A stretch of 64,000 nucleotides of DNA from Fibrobacteria bacterium (GCA_043745805.1 JAYTSD010000001.1:128001-192000); one strand, 5' to 3'; shown: positions 10,306-21,800, counted from the stretch's first letter. The notes: generated by a model not told the origin, from the letters alone. A program made the numbers and translations.

Positions 10306-11432
10306 GGATGCTCCTGTTGTGAGGATGAAAGAGACATTTTAATTTTTGTTTTTCTTTGCAAAACCCAATGTTCTTTGCTGAGCGCATAAACATAGCAGAG
10401 TAAATAAATCCCAAGAATAACCGTATCGCCTTGCCAAGCATGTTGAAACGGTTTTTTGAGACCGCTGATTTCAATAAACATGGCTAAGATAAAAAGATGA
10501 AGGATGTAAATATCTAAGCTATGCCGGCCTAAGGCGAGGATTATATGGGAAACCCTTTGCCATAGTGGATAGCGGAGGGAGAAAATTATTTTCGCGCAGG
10601 CATAAATCAATAAGGTTAAAGAAAGAATCATCGGAATTAAAATGGGACGTAAATTATAGTAGGGAATGCTTTGCTCAACAGTAACCGGCCCCGCATGGCT
10701 GCGTAATATGCGGGCGGTTTCAAAACGTCCCAGCGGATCCGAAAAAATATCCGTGAACGAATGATAATGCAAGCAAGCTGCAAGGGGCAATAAAGCAAAA
10801 ATTAATAGTAAGGTATAAATCCAAAGTTTATTCCAAGGCCTGGTCATCATGAAAAGCAATCCTGCACCCGCAAAAATATTTAACGGCAATAAAGGACTAT
10901 TTCCTGCATTTACGAAATACCATTGTAAATGTTGCTTATCTAAATAAAGACATAAGCCTATGCTGGCGATTAATAATGTAGGGATGGATAAAATCGAATA
11001 GGGCAGTAATAATAGGCCTCCCCAAATTAAAGTGGTATAGGCGATGGTGGCTAAAATTCCGCTGGTAAGTAAGGCATCGGGCCAATGGAAACCATTTTCG
11101 AGAACAAAAAATAATGCTGAAACCAACCATAAGGCCAAAGCTCTTTTCACATTCCGTATGCACCAAATTTTTGCACGAAGATTTTTTTGCCAGCTATAGT
11201 AAAGGCTACAACCCACTAGCAATAAAAATAAGGAGGCGGTCATGGGTTCAATTAATAAAGCAAACTCGCTCCAATCACGACGCTCGGAACGCAAAATTAA
11301 TCGTGTGGTATGCGACGCTATCATCAGCCAAACGGCAAGGGTGCGTAAAACATCTAGCGCGGGATCTCGATGGGCAATTGCTGCGGCTGGGAGAAAAGTA
11401 GGAGAGGATTCCAAGTGATTATTCATGGCCAC
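10302..11432 (-). CDS. Multi-TM DUF1624 / heparan-alpha-glucosaminide N-acetyltransferase-like protein
   Basis: RDPALDVLRTLAVWLMIASH and LGRHSLDIYILH motifs. Confidence 0.75.
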   Translation of the reverse strand: MAMNNHLESSPTFLPAAAIAHRDPALDVLRTLAVWLMIASHTTRLILRSERRDWSEFALLIEPMTASLFLLLVGCSLYYSWQKNLRAKIWCIRNVKRALALWLVSALFFVLENGFHWPDALLTSGILATIAYTTLIWGGLLLLPYSILSIPTLLIASIGLCLYLDKQHLQWYFVNAGNSPLLPLNIFAGAGLLFMMTRPWNKLWIYTLLLIFALLPLAACLHYHSFTDIFSDPLGRFETARILRSHAGPVTVEQSIPYYNLRPILIPMILSLTLLIYACAKIIFSLRYPLWQRVSHIILALGRHSLDIYILHLFILAMFIEISGLKKPFQHAWQGDTVILGIYLLCYVYALSKEHWVLQRKTKIKMSLSSSQQEHP

Positions 11433-11587
11433 TATTTAGGAATTTTATTGGTCGTTGGGAGGGGTGGCATGGGCCGGTAAAAAAACCAATCTTAAATTTT
11501 GCTATTTGCTTTCATAAAGTGCGGATAAAACTGTATACTAGGAGGATTATTTTTAGATTTGGCTAAAAGCTTAAGGGAGATTCGCCC

Positions 11588-12181
11588 ATGTTAACAACAG
11601 GTTTATTTTGGATAATAGCTGCTTTGGCAGCGGTTTTAATTGCGGCAAGTCTTTACAATGCATTAAAACGACGAGAAAAGGAATCCGTCCGTAATACTGG
11701 GGACGCCGGATCGCCTATATATGCCAGCGGTGTTTATTCCCTTATTCGCAAATCGCCGCGTCAAGATGTGGAATTACGCATTCCAACTTTAGAGAATATT
11801 CAGGCTGAATTAGCTAAACCAGAACCTGCACCGGAAGCGAATGCATGCGCAGAACAATATCTCGAAGAGTGGCGGCGAATCGCCAATCTTTGTATAAATA
11901 ACATCGAAAAAGGAGATAAGGATGGAGTGCAAACTTACCGTTATCAGGTTCCGGAAAAATGCCAGAAATCCTGTTCACGGTTTGGAGGTGACGCGTATGT
12001 TACTCGAGAGCAATTGCATAATCATAGCCAACTTATCCCGCCTTTTCATTTAGGCTGCGGCGTGCAACTTATCACTAAGGAAGCTTGGAGTGCCACTTCT
12101 GAAAGTGGGGGATGGACGCCGATTTTACCTGTGAATGGGGTTTATCCCACACTGGATTGGAGAACTTTTGTCAAACTGTAG
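11588..12181 (+). CDS. Membrane-anchored hypothetical protein with a MuF-like Cys/His motif
   Basis: N-terminal TM helix; CxxxC...PPFHLGC; AGGGAG RBS. Confidence 0.6.
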   Translation: MLTTGLFWIIAALAAVLIAASLYNALKRREKESVRNTGDAGSPIYASGVYSLIRKSPRQDVELRIPTLENIQAELAKPEPAPEANACAEQYLEEWRRIANLCINNIEKGDKDGVQTYRYQVPEKCQKSCSRFGGDAYVTREQLHNHSQLIPPFHLGCGVQLITKEAWSATSESGGWTPILPVNGVYPTLDWRTFVKL

Positions 12182-12182
12182 A

Positions 12183-14528
12183 TTGAAACACCGCCTGCTA
12201 TTTTTAAGCTTTATCTTCCTCTTTGCTACGCAAGAACTGCGGGCGCAAGGGGGATCGGCGGTGATTACTTTGGTGATGCCTGTTGGCGCTCGTCAATTAG
12301 GTATGGGTGAAGCCGCCACTGCGGTTGCGGATGATGCTTTTGCGACTTATTGGAACCCCGCAGGTTTGGCCTTCGGCCCTTTAGCGAATGAATGGGAAAT
12401 GATGCTGCCCACCCCGTCCCCACAAAATAAATTTACTGTAATGGCCACTAAACCCCGTTCAGGATTTTTATTGAAGTCGATTATTTGGGCTGGATCCCAA
12501 AATGGCTTGCTTTATTATGATGGAAAAATTTGGCGCGATTATTATGAATATGTTATGGAGCAGGGCGAACAAGTAGAAAAAGTGGTGCGCAAATATATTG
12601 GCTCGAGTGATAACTTAGACAGTTTGGTTAAAGTAGTTAAGAACTATAATCATATTAACTCTGCTAAAGAAGCAGAAGAATTGATTAGTTTAAAACTGCC
12701 CTACAATTTGCTTTTTAAAGACCCAGTAACCGCTCTAGTATTAGATAATACCGAACGTTTATGGGTGGGTACTGCGGGTGGATTATATCGTTTTGACGGC
12801 GGAAGCTGGAAAGTTTTTGATCGCGAAGAAGGCTTTACCATGTTAACGGAAGCGGCGAAGGTAACGCCAACGGTTCAAGACACGCTTAAATTAGATTCGC
12901 TAAAAATTGTAAAAGACTCTACAAGGTTAGATACGCTAAAAATCGCCGAACCGAGCGTTGATCACCCTTTATTTATTAAAAAGGCTATTACCAGTTTGGC
13001 CATGAAAGGAACCAGTTTATGGATTGGTACCGATGATGGACTTTTTGAATACAAAAAAAGCTCGATTCTCCGCCGCGGTCAAAATTTGTTACCTAGCCAA
13101 TATATTACTGCTATTACTACTCATGAAAATATCGATGAAATTTATGCTGCGGTAAAAGATAAAGGCTTAGCTCGCTATACGCCTCCCAAAACTTCGGGAG
13201 GTACGGCCAAATGGAAAATTTATACTACGGCGGATGGATTGCTCGATTCGAGTATTTCGCAATTAGTTTTGGATAAGTTTGGTCATGTATGGGCCGCGCA
13301 TAAGAATGGTGTTTCGCACTTTTCGCTTACGGCCTGGGAAAAAATTCGTTTTAAAAAACAAGAAGTGCACAGCCTCGCTTTGGATGAAGATAATCATATT
13401 TGGATTGGGACCTCCGAAGGCGCTTGGAAACACACTCCAGCCTATACTAATGCGAAAGGTCGACTCTTAGCCAAAAAAATCGATGGCAAGCCTGAGAATG
13501 ACAATAAAGGTGAAGATAAAAAAGGCGATTGGATTCATTTTCATACAGGCAACGGTTTATCGCAAAAAAATGTGACAGAAATTAAAACCCAAGGTAGCGA
13601 TGTTTGGTTTGTAACGGAAGCGGGTATTGAAAGATATAATACAGCCAAATCACAAGTCGCTTTTTTTTATGAAAGCTTATTACCGGTTTTAGGCTTAAAC
13701 GATCTTTATCATGCTTACTTAGGCATGACTTTCCCTGTTGAAGAATGGGGTACTTTAGGTGGGTTTATAAACTTCGTTTCTTTTGGATCCAATGACCTTA
13801 CCGATGCTAGTGGCGATCCAACGGGTAAAGTTGCCTCCTATGAATTTGTTGCAGGACTCTCTTATGGTACACGTTTAAGTCAAGATGCGGGCTTGGGTGT
13901 TAACGCTAAATTTTTGTATTCCGCCTTAGCACCTGGCCAATCGGCTAGTGGTGAAAAGTCGGATGGTGTAGCAGCTTCTTATGCGGTGGATTTAGGGTTA
14001 CTTTGGAAAAATGTGGGCGTCAAAGGTTTTAGTTTGGCTTTGGTTTTGCAAAATATTGGTCCCGCTGTATTTTATGTGGATCAAGCACAAGCCGATCCCA
14101 TTCCTTTTACTTGGAAGGTGGGCACGGGCTATGAAATTGTACATACGCCGAATCATAAGCTTACCATTGCAGCCGATGCGAGCCGAGAAGCGGTGTTTAG
14201 GGAGAATAATAAGGCTGCTCCGGTTTATATCGGCGCATGGAAAGACTTGGCCTATCCTGAAAATGGACGTGACTTATCCAATGCGGAAGTTTTCCAAAAA
14301 AATTTGGAATTAGGTGTTTATAATTCCGGATTAGAATATGTATATGCCAATGTGGCGGCTTTCCGATTGGGCTTACTTTATGATGATAGCGGAAAACGCT
14401 ATGAGTCGGATATTGGCTTAGGATTTATGATTTCGGATATTTTGCAAGTCGATGGCACTTTTATCAAATCCTTTGACCAAGGTATTCGTAATGGTCAAAA
14501 ACGTTTTAGTATGATTCTGCGTTTTTAA
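12183..14528 (+). CDS. PorV/PorQ-family outer-membrane barrel with a large beta-propeller and LysM-like insertion
   Basis: PVGARQLGMGEA...ATYWNPAGL N-terminal motif; LWVGT/LWIGT-x-x-GL propeller repeats; barrel strands (AVDLGLLWK, LQNIGP, GLEYVY, AFRLG); C-terminal Phe. Probable TTG start at 12183. Confidence 0.8.
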   Translation: MKHRLLFLSFIFLFATQELRAQGGSAVITLVMPVGARQLGMGEAATAVADDAFATYWNPAGLAFGPLANEWEMMLPTPSPQNKFTVMATKPRSGFLLKSIIWAGSQNGLLYYDGKIWRDYYEYVMEQGEQVEKVVRKYIGSSDNLDSLVKVVKNYNHINSAKEAEELISLKLPYNLLFKDPVTALVLDNTERLWVGTAGGLYRFDGGSWKVFDREEGFTMLTEAAKVTPTVQDTLKLDSLKIVKDSTRLDTLKIAEPSVDHPLFIKKAITSLAMKGTSLWIGTDDGLFEYKKSSILRRGQNLLPSQYITAITTHENIDEIYAAVKDKGLARYTPPKTSGGTAKWKIYTTADGLLDSSISQLVLDKFGHVWAAHKNGVSHFSLTAWEKIRFKKQEVHSLALDEDNHIWIGTSEGAWKHTPAYTNAKGRLLAKKIDGKPENDNKGEDKKGDWIHFHTGNGLSQKNVTEIKTQGSDVWFVTEAGIERYNTAKSQVAFFYESLLPVLGLNDLYHAYLGMTFPVEEWGTLGGFINFVSFGSNDLTDASGDPTGKVASYEFVAGLSYGTRLSQDAGLGVNAKFLYSALAPGQSASGEKSDGVAASYAVDLGLLWKNVGVKGFSLALVLQNIGPAVFYVDQAQADPIPFTWKVGTGYEIVHTPNHKLTIAADASREAVFRENNKAAPVYIGAWKDLAYPENGRDLSNAEVFQKNLELGVYNSGLEYVYANVAAFRLGLLYDDSGKRYESDIGLGFMISDILQVDGTFIKSFDQGIRNGQKRFSMILRF

Positions 14529-14687
14529 AATATTGGCCTATGTCTCGGCATCAAATGCCGAGGCCACCCCGCATTTTTTGCCTCATTCTCCTGCCCATAC
14601 GGAAAAATATTCACCTCAAAGCATAACCCAAGGTGAATGCTAAGGTAAAAAATGAAGAATTCCGCTCAATTTCGCATAAAAATAATT

Positions 14688-14703
14688 TGGCACTCGTTTC
14701 GCT
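14688..14703 (+). promoter_or_regulatory. sigma54 (-24/-12) promoter
   Basis: TGGCAC-TCGTT-TCGCT versus consensus TGGCAC-N5-TTGCW, just upstream of the MerR-like gene. Confidence 0.7.
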
Positions 14704-14729
14704 CTATCTCATTTCAGCTTTAACTTGTC

Positions 14730-15155
14730 ATGGAGGAGAAGAAAATGTTCAACGAAAGCCAAACCTTAGAATTACCAGAAATTAAAATTGAAGAAACCAA
14801 TACTCGTGAAGATCATTTGGTGAGTATTCGCGATGCGGCACGTATTATTGGCGTGGCGACACACACTTTACGTTATTGGGAAAAAGAATTTGCGGAGTTC
14901 TTAATCGCTCCCCGCACTACCGGAAAACAAAGACGTTACGGTGATCACGAAATTGCTACTTTGCGTCGCATTCATAAAATGCTGAAAGATGAAGGCTATT
15001 CTATTGCCGGTGCAAAACGCGCTTTGTCCAAAAAAGAATTTCCTGATACTCCCACAATGGGGGAGCCTTGGAAAAATAGTATGCTAGGAAATATTAGTGC
15101 AGAAATGGCCGAGCGGATTTTAAATCTCGTAAAGCATGAATTTCATTACGCCTAA
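14730..15155 (+). CDS. MerR-family HTH regulator (short, no clear effector domain)
   Basis: SIRDAARIIGVATHTLRYWEKEF...RTTGKQRRY...GYSIAGAK. Confidence 0.88.
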   Translation: MEEKKMFNESQTLELPEIKIEETNTREDHLVSIRDAARIIGVATHTLRYWEKEFAEFLIAPRTTGKQRRYGDHEIATLRRIHKMLKDEGYSIAGAKRALSKKEFPDTPTMGEPWKNSMLGNISAEMAERILNLVKHEFHYA

Positions 15156-15181
15156 GGGTAACCTAAAAAATACCCAAAGGC

Positions 15182-18100
15182 ATGATGCAAGCTGCTCATT
15201 ATACTTATTCAATAATCATTGTCTCGTATAACTGCCTGCGCCAACTTAAGGATTGTTTAACTTCATTAAACTCCTTAAGTGCGCGTGGCGAAATCGAGAT
15301 TATAGTAGTAGATAATGCCTCGCGAGATGAAACGCCTGCATTTTTACAAAGCTTTCATGCGGCAATGTGCATTTTAAGTCCCGAAAATTTAGGCTTTGCT
15401 AAAGCATGTAATGTAGGCGCACGGCAAGCATCGGGAGAATATTTAATTTTTTTAAATCCCGATACTTTGGTGACCGAAGGGTTTGCCGATAATATGCGGC
15501 GCTACTTTGAAAACCCTTCCGTAGGTGCAGTTGGACCGCTTTCAAACTATGTTGCAGGAGCGCAAAAGGCGCAGTTTCATTTAGCAGATAAAACCGATCA
15601 AGATTGGGCTAAACTTTTACAAGTTTCTCGGCGTGAGGAATTAGCAAAAGCATTAACCGCAAAAAATTCTGGTCGAGGATTAGTAGTAAAATTATTAATT
15701 GGTTTTTGCTTAATGATGCGCAAAAAACTTTTTGATCAAATCGGGGAAATGGATGAAGATTTATTTTTAGGCAATGATGATTTGGATTTGAGTTGGCGTT
15801 TGCAAATTGCAGACTATAAATTAGTGATTGCCACCGATGCTTTCGTTTATCATGAGGGTCAACAAAGTTTTGTAACCGAAGCGCGCTCTAAAACGGATGC
15901 TTTAGTACAAGAGAGTACCGACGCACTGTATCGTAAACTTGTTAAATACTATGGAGGGGTGAAACAGGTGCCCCCTTCCTTGGAGTTGTGGGCAATGGAT
16001 TGGTTTAAGCCTTCTCCCAATGCTTTACAAGCCATTACGAAGCCAACAAATACGGCACCCGAAAGGAAAGAGGAAATGTCTACATTAACCTTGAAACAAA
16101 AAGAATCCACCACTCAAAATGATTGGGTAGCGGTACCCTCGCAAGCTTTTGATATTTACCCTGCAAGCCTAAGGCCGCATTTACAAAAGGCAAACCAAGT
16201 TGTTTTTGTGGGCGCGCCTGCCGCTTTACCCACTTTAAGAGGTCGACTGCAAGGTTTTGATCTTGCAGGAAAAAGTATTTCCTTACAAGATCAGGATATG
16301 GTAATTTTTAAAATCACTGCGGAAGCTCGAGTTGATTTTGCCATGCGTTTGCAAAATTTAAGACAAGAATTACCCAATTTGAAAAAAATGATTTTGATTC
16401 TTACGGGAAGCGAAGACAATCAAAATAATCGAAGAATTGCTACGGACGCTTTATGGGGAAGTGGATATTCTATTCGTGTAGAAAGCGAATATTCCGGTTT
16501 ACCTGGTAATGATGTGAATCCTGATGGATGGCAAATAATTGCCGAACCGCGCAAAGCCACGTATAGTTTAGATAAAAAAGTATCCATCATCATTTTGGGT
16601 TTTAATCAAGTAGCCTATACTCGCAAATGCATCGAATCCATTTGTGGATTCACACGGCAAAACTATGAATTAATCCTCATTGACAATGGTAGCTCCGATG
16701 GTACGGCTGATTTTTTCCATAGTGTTAAGGATGCTAAAGTTATTATCAATGCTGAAAATCTAGGAGTTGCTAAAGGCTGGAACCAAGGTTTAAGGCAAGC
16801 AACGGGTGATTATGTATTAATATTTAATAATGATACTATTGTAGTTCCTAATTGGTTGGAAAACATGGTGCGTTTGGCGGAAAGCAATTCTGATATAGGG
16901 ATGGTGGGACCGCGTTCTAATAATATTTCGGGGCCGCAAAAAATTGAAAGCGTTCCGTATGCGAGCGAATCCGCTTCAGCGGAAGAGATTCGCCGTTATG
17001 CCCAACGCTGGGAAGCGGAACATGATTTACAAGCGATTGAATTTGAACGTCTCGTTGGATTTTGCTTATTGATTCGGCGTGAAGTACAAATGCGCATTGG
17101 ATTTTTTGATGAGCGGTATGGCAAAGGTAATTTTGAGGATGATGATTATTGTTTACGCATGCGCTATCATGGACTTCGATTACTCATTGCGCATGATAGT
17201 TTTGTGCATCATTATGGTAGCGTTTCCTATCGTCAATCCTCGGTGGATTGGACCGCTTTGATGCAACAAAATCAAGAAAAATTTCGTCGTAAATGGGCTC
17301 AAGGTGCCGTGGCGGTCAATGATACCTTTGTAGAATTAGGAATAGAAAAATCTCCCGATGTACAACAGCATTCGGTGCCAGAGATTGTGGCGGCCCAAGA
17401 AGCCTATGTGAAGGGTGATTTGCCTTTAGCGCGGAGTTTATTTTTAAGAGCACAAGGGAAAAACCCCAGTAACCCCGCGGTATACAATGGCTTGGGAGTA
17501 ATTTGTTTTCATGCAGGCCAATATGCGGATGCCTTATCCTTGTTTATTAAAAGTTTAGAGCTTAATCCAAAGGCTATGGAAACCGCAGAAAATGCTTTAG
17601 ATGCCATTGCCGCTGGATCGCAAGGCGATAGTCGTTTGCGCGTGCAACAAGCTTTAGCTAATCGCTTTCCCACTAATACTGTATTAGAGCAAAAAATAGC
17701 TTCCCTTCCCGAAGTAAAAGGACGTTGGCAAGATAGAGTTGAAAAAGCCATTGCCGAAAAATCATTTAGTTTTGCGATGGACATTTTAGAAGCGCAATTT
17801 AAATTAGGGCAAGTTATAGAATGTCGTCACTATTTTGGTATTATTGCATTTACTTGTGGAGATACTGCACAGGCTTTACAGCATTTTGCTACGGCCTATG
17901 CCAGCGATCCTACTTTACCCGATTTGCTCAATAATTATTTTGAAGCTTGCGTACAAGCTAATAAACCACAGGAGGCGATTCGGCTTTTAGAAAATGCGCC
18001 GATGGCAGTATTAACTTATGAGTTACGTATTGATTTGGCGCAATTGCAAATGGATATTTCTGATCCACAATGGACATGCAAAATATTTTTTGCGGCGCGC

Positions 18101-18826
18101 GAAGCCAATCAATTATCCGAAAACGCGATTTCCCAAGGTGACCTTGAAACAGCACGCAAGCAATTAGAAACTATCTTAAAAATTAATCCTGCTAATATTC
18201 GTGCGCATAATCATTTAGGGATTTTACGCTGGTATGAAGGTCGCTTATCCGAAGCTTTAGATCATTATGCTTCGGCGTTGCATTTGTATCCAGGTTATAC
18301 CGATGCCTTATTGAATGCTTTCGAAACGACGATGGCCTTAGGGCAAAGTAAGGAAATGTTGTCCTTGGCAAAAAAAGTATTAGCGAATGATCCTGGGCAA
18401 ATTTTGGCAGAAAAAATTATTGGGCATTTAAATACGCAAGGCGATGCAGTTTACAAATATAAAAAATTTGAAGAATTAGAAGAAAATAATCGCCGCATGC
18501 AAGAAGCAGAAAATCTTTTGCAAAAGGATGATATTCAAGGGGCTTTAAAAAATTATTTGCTGGCTATTGACCATCAACCGGAAAATCCCCAAGCCCTGAA
18601 TGGATTAGGCATTATAGCACATTTACAAAAGCGCTATGCGGATGCTTATACTTTGTTTTCTGCGGCTTCCACAATAAATCCTGGCGATCAAGATATTCTG
18701 TTGAATCTTTGGCAAAGTGCGCAGGTTTTACATAAGGAAAATGACGCCTTAACTATGCTGCGATCTTCTTTACAAGGCCATCATGATTTTAATGAGATTC
18801 GAGAAATCGTCAGTCAATATGTCTGA
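15182..18826 (+). CDS. Double GT2 glycosyltransferase with C-terminal TPR array
   Basis: Two GT2 domains (VDNASRD/NLGFAKACN/LNPDT and IDNGSSDGT/NLGVAKGWN/FNNDT/FEDDDY); many TPRs. Confidence 0.9.
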   Translation: MMQAAHYTYSIIIVSYNCLRQLKDCLTSLNSLSARGEIEIIVVDNASRDETPAFLQSFHAAMCILSPENLGFAKACNVGARQASGEYLIFLNPDTLVTEGFADNMRRYFENPSVGAVGPLSNYVAGAQKAQFHLADKTDQDWAKLLQVSRREELAKALTAKNSGRGLVVKLLIGFCLMMRKKLFDQIGEMDEDLFLGNDDLDLSWRLQIADYKLVIATDAFVYHEGQQSFVTEARSKTDALVQESTDALYRKLVKYYGGVKQVPPSLELWAMDWFKPSPNALQAITKPTNTAPERKEEMSTLTLKQKESTTQNDWVAVPSQAFDIYPASLRPHLQKANQVVFVGAPAALPTLRGRLQGFDLAGKSISLQDQDMVIFKITAEARVDFAMRLQNLRQELPNLKKMILILTGSEDNQNNRRIATDALWGSGYSIRVESEYSGLPGNDVNPDGWQIIAEPRKATYSLDKKVSIIILGFNQVAYTRKCIESICGFTRQNYELILIDNGSSDGTADFFHSVKDAKVIINAENLGVAKGWNQGLRQATGDYVLIFNNDTIVVPNWLENMVRLAESNSDIGMVGPRSNNISGPQKIESVPYASESASAEEIRRYAQRWEAEHDLQAIEFERLVGFCLLIRREVQMRIGFFDERYGKGNFEDDDYCLRMRYHGLRLLIAHDSFVHHYGSVSYRQSSVDWTALMQQNQEKFRRKWAQGAVAVNDTFVELGIEKSPDVQQHSVPEIVAAQEAYVKGDLPLARSLFLRAQGKNPSNPAVYNGLGVICFHAGQYADALSLFIKSLELNPKAMETAENALDAIAAGSQGDSRLRVQQALANRFPTNTVLEQKIASLPEVKGRWQDRVEKAIAEKSFSFAMDILEAQFKLGQVIECRHYFGIIAFTCGDTAQALQHFATAYASDPTLPDLLNNYFEACVQANKPQEAIRLLENAPMAVLTYELRIDLAQLQMDISDPQWTCKIFFAAREANQLSENAISQGDLETARKQLETILKINPANIRAHNHLGILRWYEGRLSEALDHYASALHLYPGYTDALLNAFETTMALGQSKEMLSLAKKVLANDPGQILAEKIIGHLNTQGDAVYKYKKFEELEENNRRMQEAENLLQKDDIQGALKNYLLAIDHQPENPQALNGLGIIAHLQKRYADAYTLFSAASTINPGDQDILLNLWQSAQVLHKENDALTMLRSSLQGHHDFNEIREIVSQYV

Positions 18827-18840
18827 GGGTTTTATTATTA

Positions 18841-21800
18841 ATGCCCTCACTCGATCTTAGTATATGTAGCATTGTTAAAAATGAGGCTTCCAATATTGAA
18901 GCCTTGGCTAATTGCTTGCCCTTAAAGTCTATTCAATGGGTGGTCGTGGATACTGGTTCTACGGATGGTACCTGTAACTTGCTTAATAAGCAAAATATTT
19001 TACCGCAAAATTTTGTTTGGGGTAATGATTTTTCAGCTGCCCGAAATTATTCTCTTAGTTTAGCAAAACATAATTGGATTTTATGGCTCGATGCCGACGA
19101 TCGTGTTGATGAAAAATTTTGGGATAAAATATCCGAACTGATAAAAGGACCGCGACAAGCTTATCGTATGCAAATTTGTTCTCCCCGCGAGTCATCAAAA
19201 GGAGAAATTTTTTTACAAATTCGATTATTTCCTAATGATATGCGGATTCGATTTGAAGGACGTATTCATGAGCAACTAGGAAGTAGTTTAGGTAAAACAA
19301 ATATTCTCATCGTAGACAGCGATTTACAAATACAGCACTTTGGTTATGATACCGAAGTAAAGCGTGAAAGTAAAAGACAGAGAAATTTTTCAATCTTGCA
19401 GGAAGAGGTAAACGAATTTCCGGATGATCCTACAGTGAATATGGAATTTGGAAATGCCTTGGTTCAATTTGGAAAGTATGGAGAGGCGATAAAAGTTTAT
19501 CGGCGTATGTTAGGTGATTTGGATCCCGAAAAATTGGGTACCGCTCCAAAAAATGAAATTCTTTTATTTTACCCGCTGCTATTGGGAGAAACCTTTGAAA
19601 AGATGGGGCAATTAATTGAAGCCGAAAAATGGTATAGCTTGGCCCTGAATTGGCATATTCCCCATTTAAAACCTTATTTTTATATGGGTAAAAAGTTTAT
19701 GCATTCGGGCGATAAAAATAAAGCGTGGGAATATTTTTCGGAAGCCTTAAAATTAGGAACGCCTATTTCCAAAGTGGCCACAGATCAAGATGCTTTAAGA
19801 CGTAATTGTTTAGCGTATTCTGTTTTATTAGCTATACTTGATGACACAGAATCACGTCTTTTTTTAGCGAATGAATATTTAGAGGAATTGATTGCGGGAG
19901 GATTAAATCCATTCCCCTTGGATTATGAATTGCCCATAGAATTTTATCAAAAGCAAAATAATAAATTAGGATTAGAAAAATATTTAAAGTTGTTTTTGTT
20001 GGAATTCCCTAATGATATCCCTAAACAAAAATTGTTACATGAATCACGGAATGAAAAAACACCCACCCCAGAGTTTAAAAAAAACCTCCCCCTAGAAAAA
20101 GAAAATTTAGCTGAACTATTCAAAAATTTTGGAACCATTAAAAAACCTTTGGAAAGCAAATATCGCCATGGAAAATTAAGTGTGGTGATGATTGTAAAAA
20201 ATGAAGCAAATAATATTGCTGCAGCCATTGAAAGCTTTCGGCCTATTGCGGATGAGTTTGTGGTTAATGATACCGGTTCAACCGATGGCACGCAGACAAT
20301 TCTGGAAACTTTGGGAGTGACTTGGTTTCAAACGGCATGGCAAAAAGATTTTAGTTTGGCAAGGAATCAATCCATTGATAAAGCGACCTGTGCATGGATA
20401 ATGTGGGTCGATGCGGACGATAGACTGCCTTTCGACCAAATCGAAAATTTTAAAAAACTTAAAACAGCACCTTTGGATCGAATCTTTGGAGTGGAAATTA
20501 TTAACACTAAAGCGGGACAACCTTTGGGTTCCCGTTTTATGCAGGTTAGATTATTTCCCAATCATGCGCGTTTAAGATTTTGCTATCGCATTCATGAACA
20601 GATTATGCAAAGTGCTGCCAAATTAGGACTACATACTTTTTCCGTACCCGCAACACTGTATCATACCGGTTACGAAGACGAATCTTTAAAAAAAATTAAA
20701 GCGCAGCGAAATCTTGAATTATTAGCCGAAGAAACTGAACGCCTACAAACCGAGCCTTCCTTGGCAATGAGTAAAGGCGATTCTTTATACATATTAGAAG
20801 AATGGGAAAAAGGCATTGAGGCTTATAAAGTAGCCTTAGAAATTCCTGATTGCGAAGCGATTAATCGCGATATCTTTTTCGAATTGCCATGCTGTATTGG
20901 TCGAGGTTATCAGTATTTGGGAAAATATAGCGAAGCAATAATGTGGTTAAGAAAAAGTGCCATTTTACAGCCGCAAAAACTGGAACCGGTTTTTTATGAG
21001 GCTGAATGCTTGTTGAAAATGGGACAAGAAAAAGAAGCAAAAACTTTATTACAAAAAATTTTAAGCATGCCTCCACCTAATAGCACAACGAGTAATCAAT
21101 ATGATATTTTTAAAATTTACGCTTATCACTTATTAGCAAACTTTTTGTTTAATGAAAAGCAATACTCAAAAGCAGCGCAGCTATTGGAAGAAATGCATAA
21201 GCACTATGCACAAGTTATGGAGAGCTGGCATTTGCTGGGACAATGTTATTTGTGCTTAGGAGAGAATGCAAAGGCCGAGCAGTGTTGGCGCACCGCAGTA
21301 GATATGAATCCTGCACTTTTTGAGCCTTTGGCAAAGGATTTTTTAAATTTATTGCAAATGAATGGGAAAAAAGATTTAGAAAAAAAATATCGAGAACAAT
21401 TATCTCAACATTTTCCCAGTTTGACGATTAAAGAAAATCAACAACCCTTATTGAGCTTGTGTATGATTGTCAAAAATGAAATGTCGCATTTGCCGGCTTG
21501 CTTAAAAAGTGTAAATGGATTAGCTGAAGAGGTTATCATTTATGATACTGGATCCACCGATGGGACTCAGGCTATGGCTGCCACTTATGGAGCGAGAGTA
21601 TTGCAGGGGGAATGGAATGGCGATTTTAGTGAAGCACGTAATCATAGTATTGATGCTGCAAAAGGGAAATGGATTTTGTGGTTAGATGCCGATGACATTC
21701 TTTTATTGGCGGATAAACAGCGATTACGATTGTTGGTAGAAAGTCACGCGGATAAACCTTTTCGGGCCTTTGGCTTTTTAGTAAAAAACTCCCAAGATGG

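Noticed and set aside
11588-12181. Prophage remnant
   Set aside because: Only one MuF-like motif, with no portal, terminase, capsid or integrase nearby.
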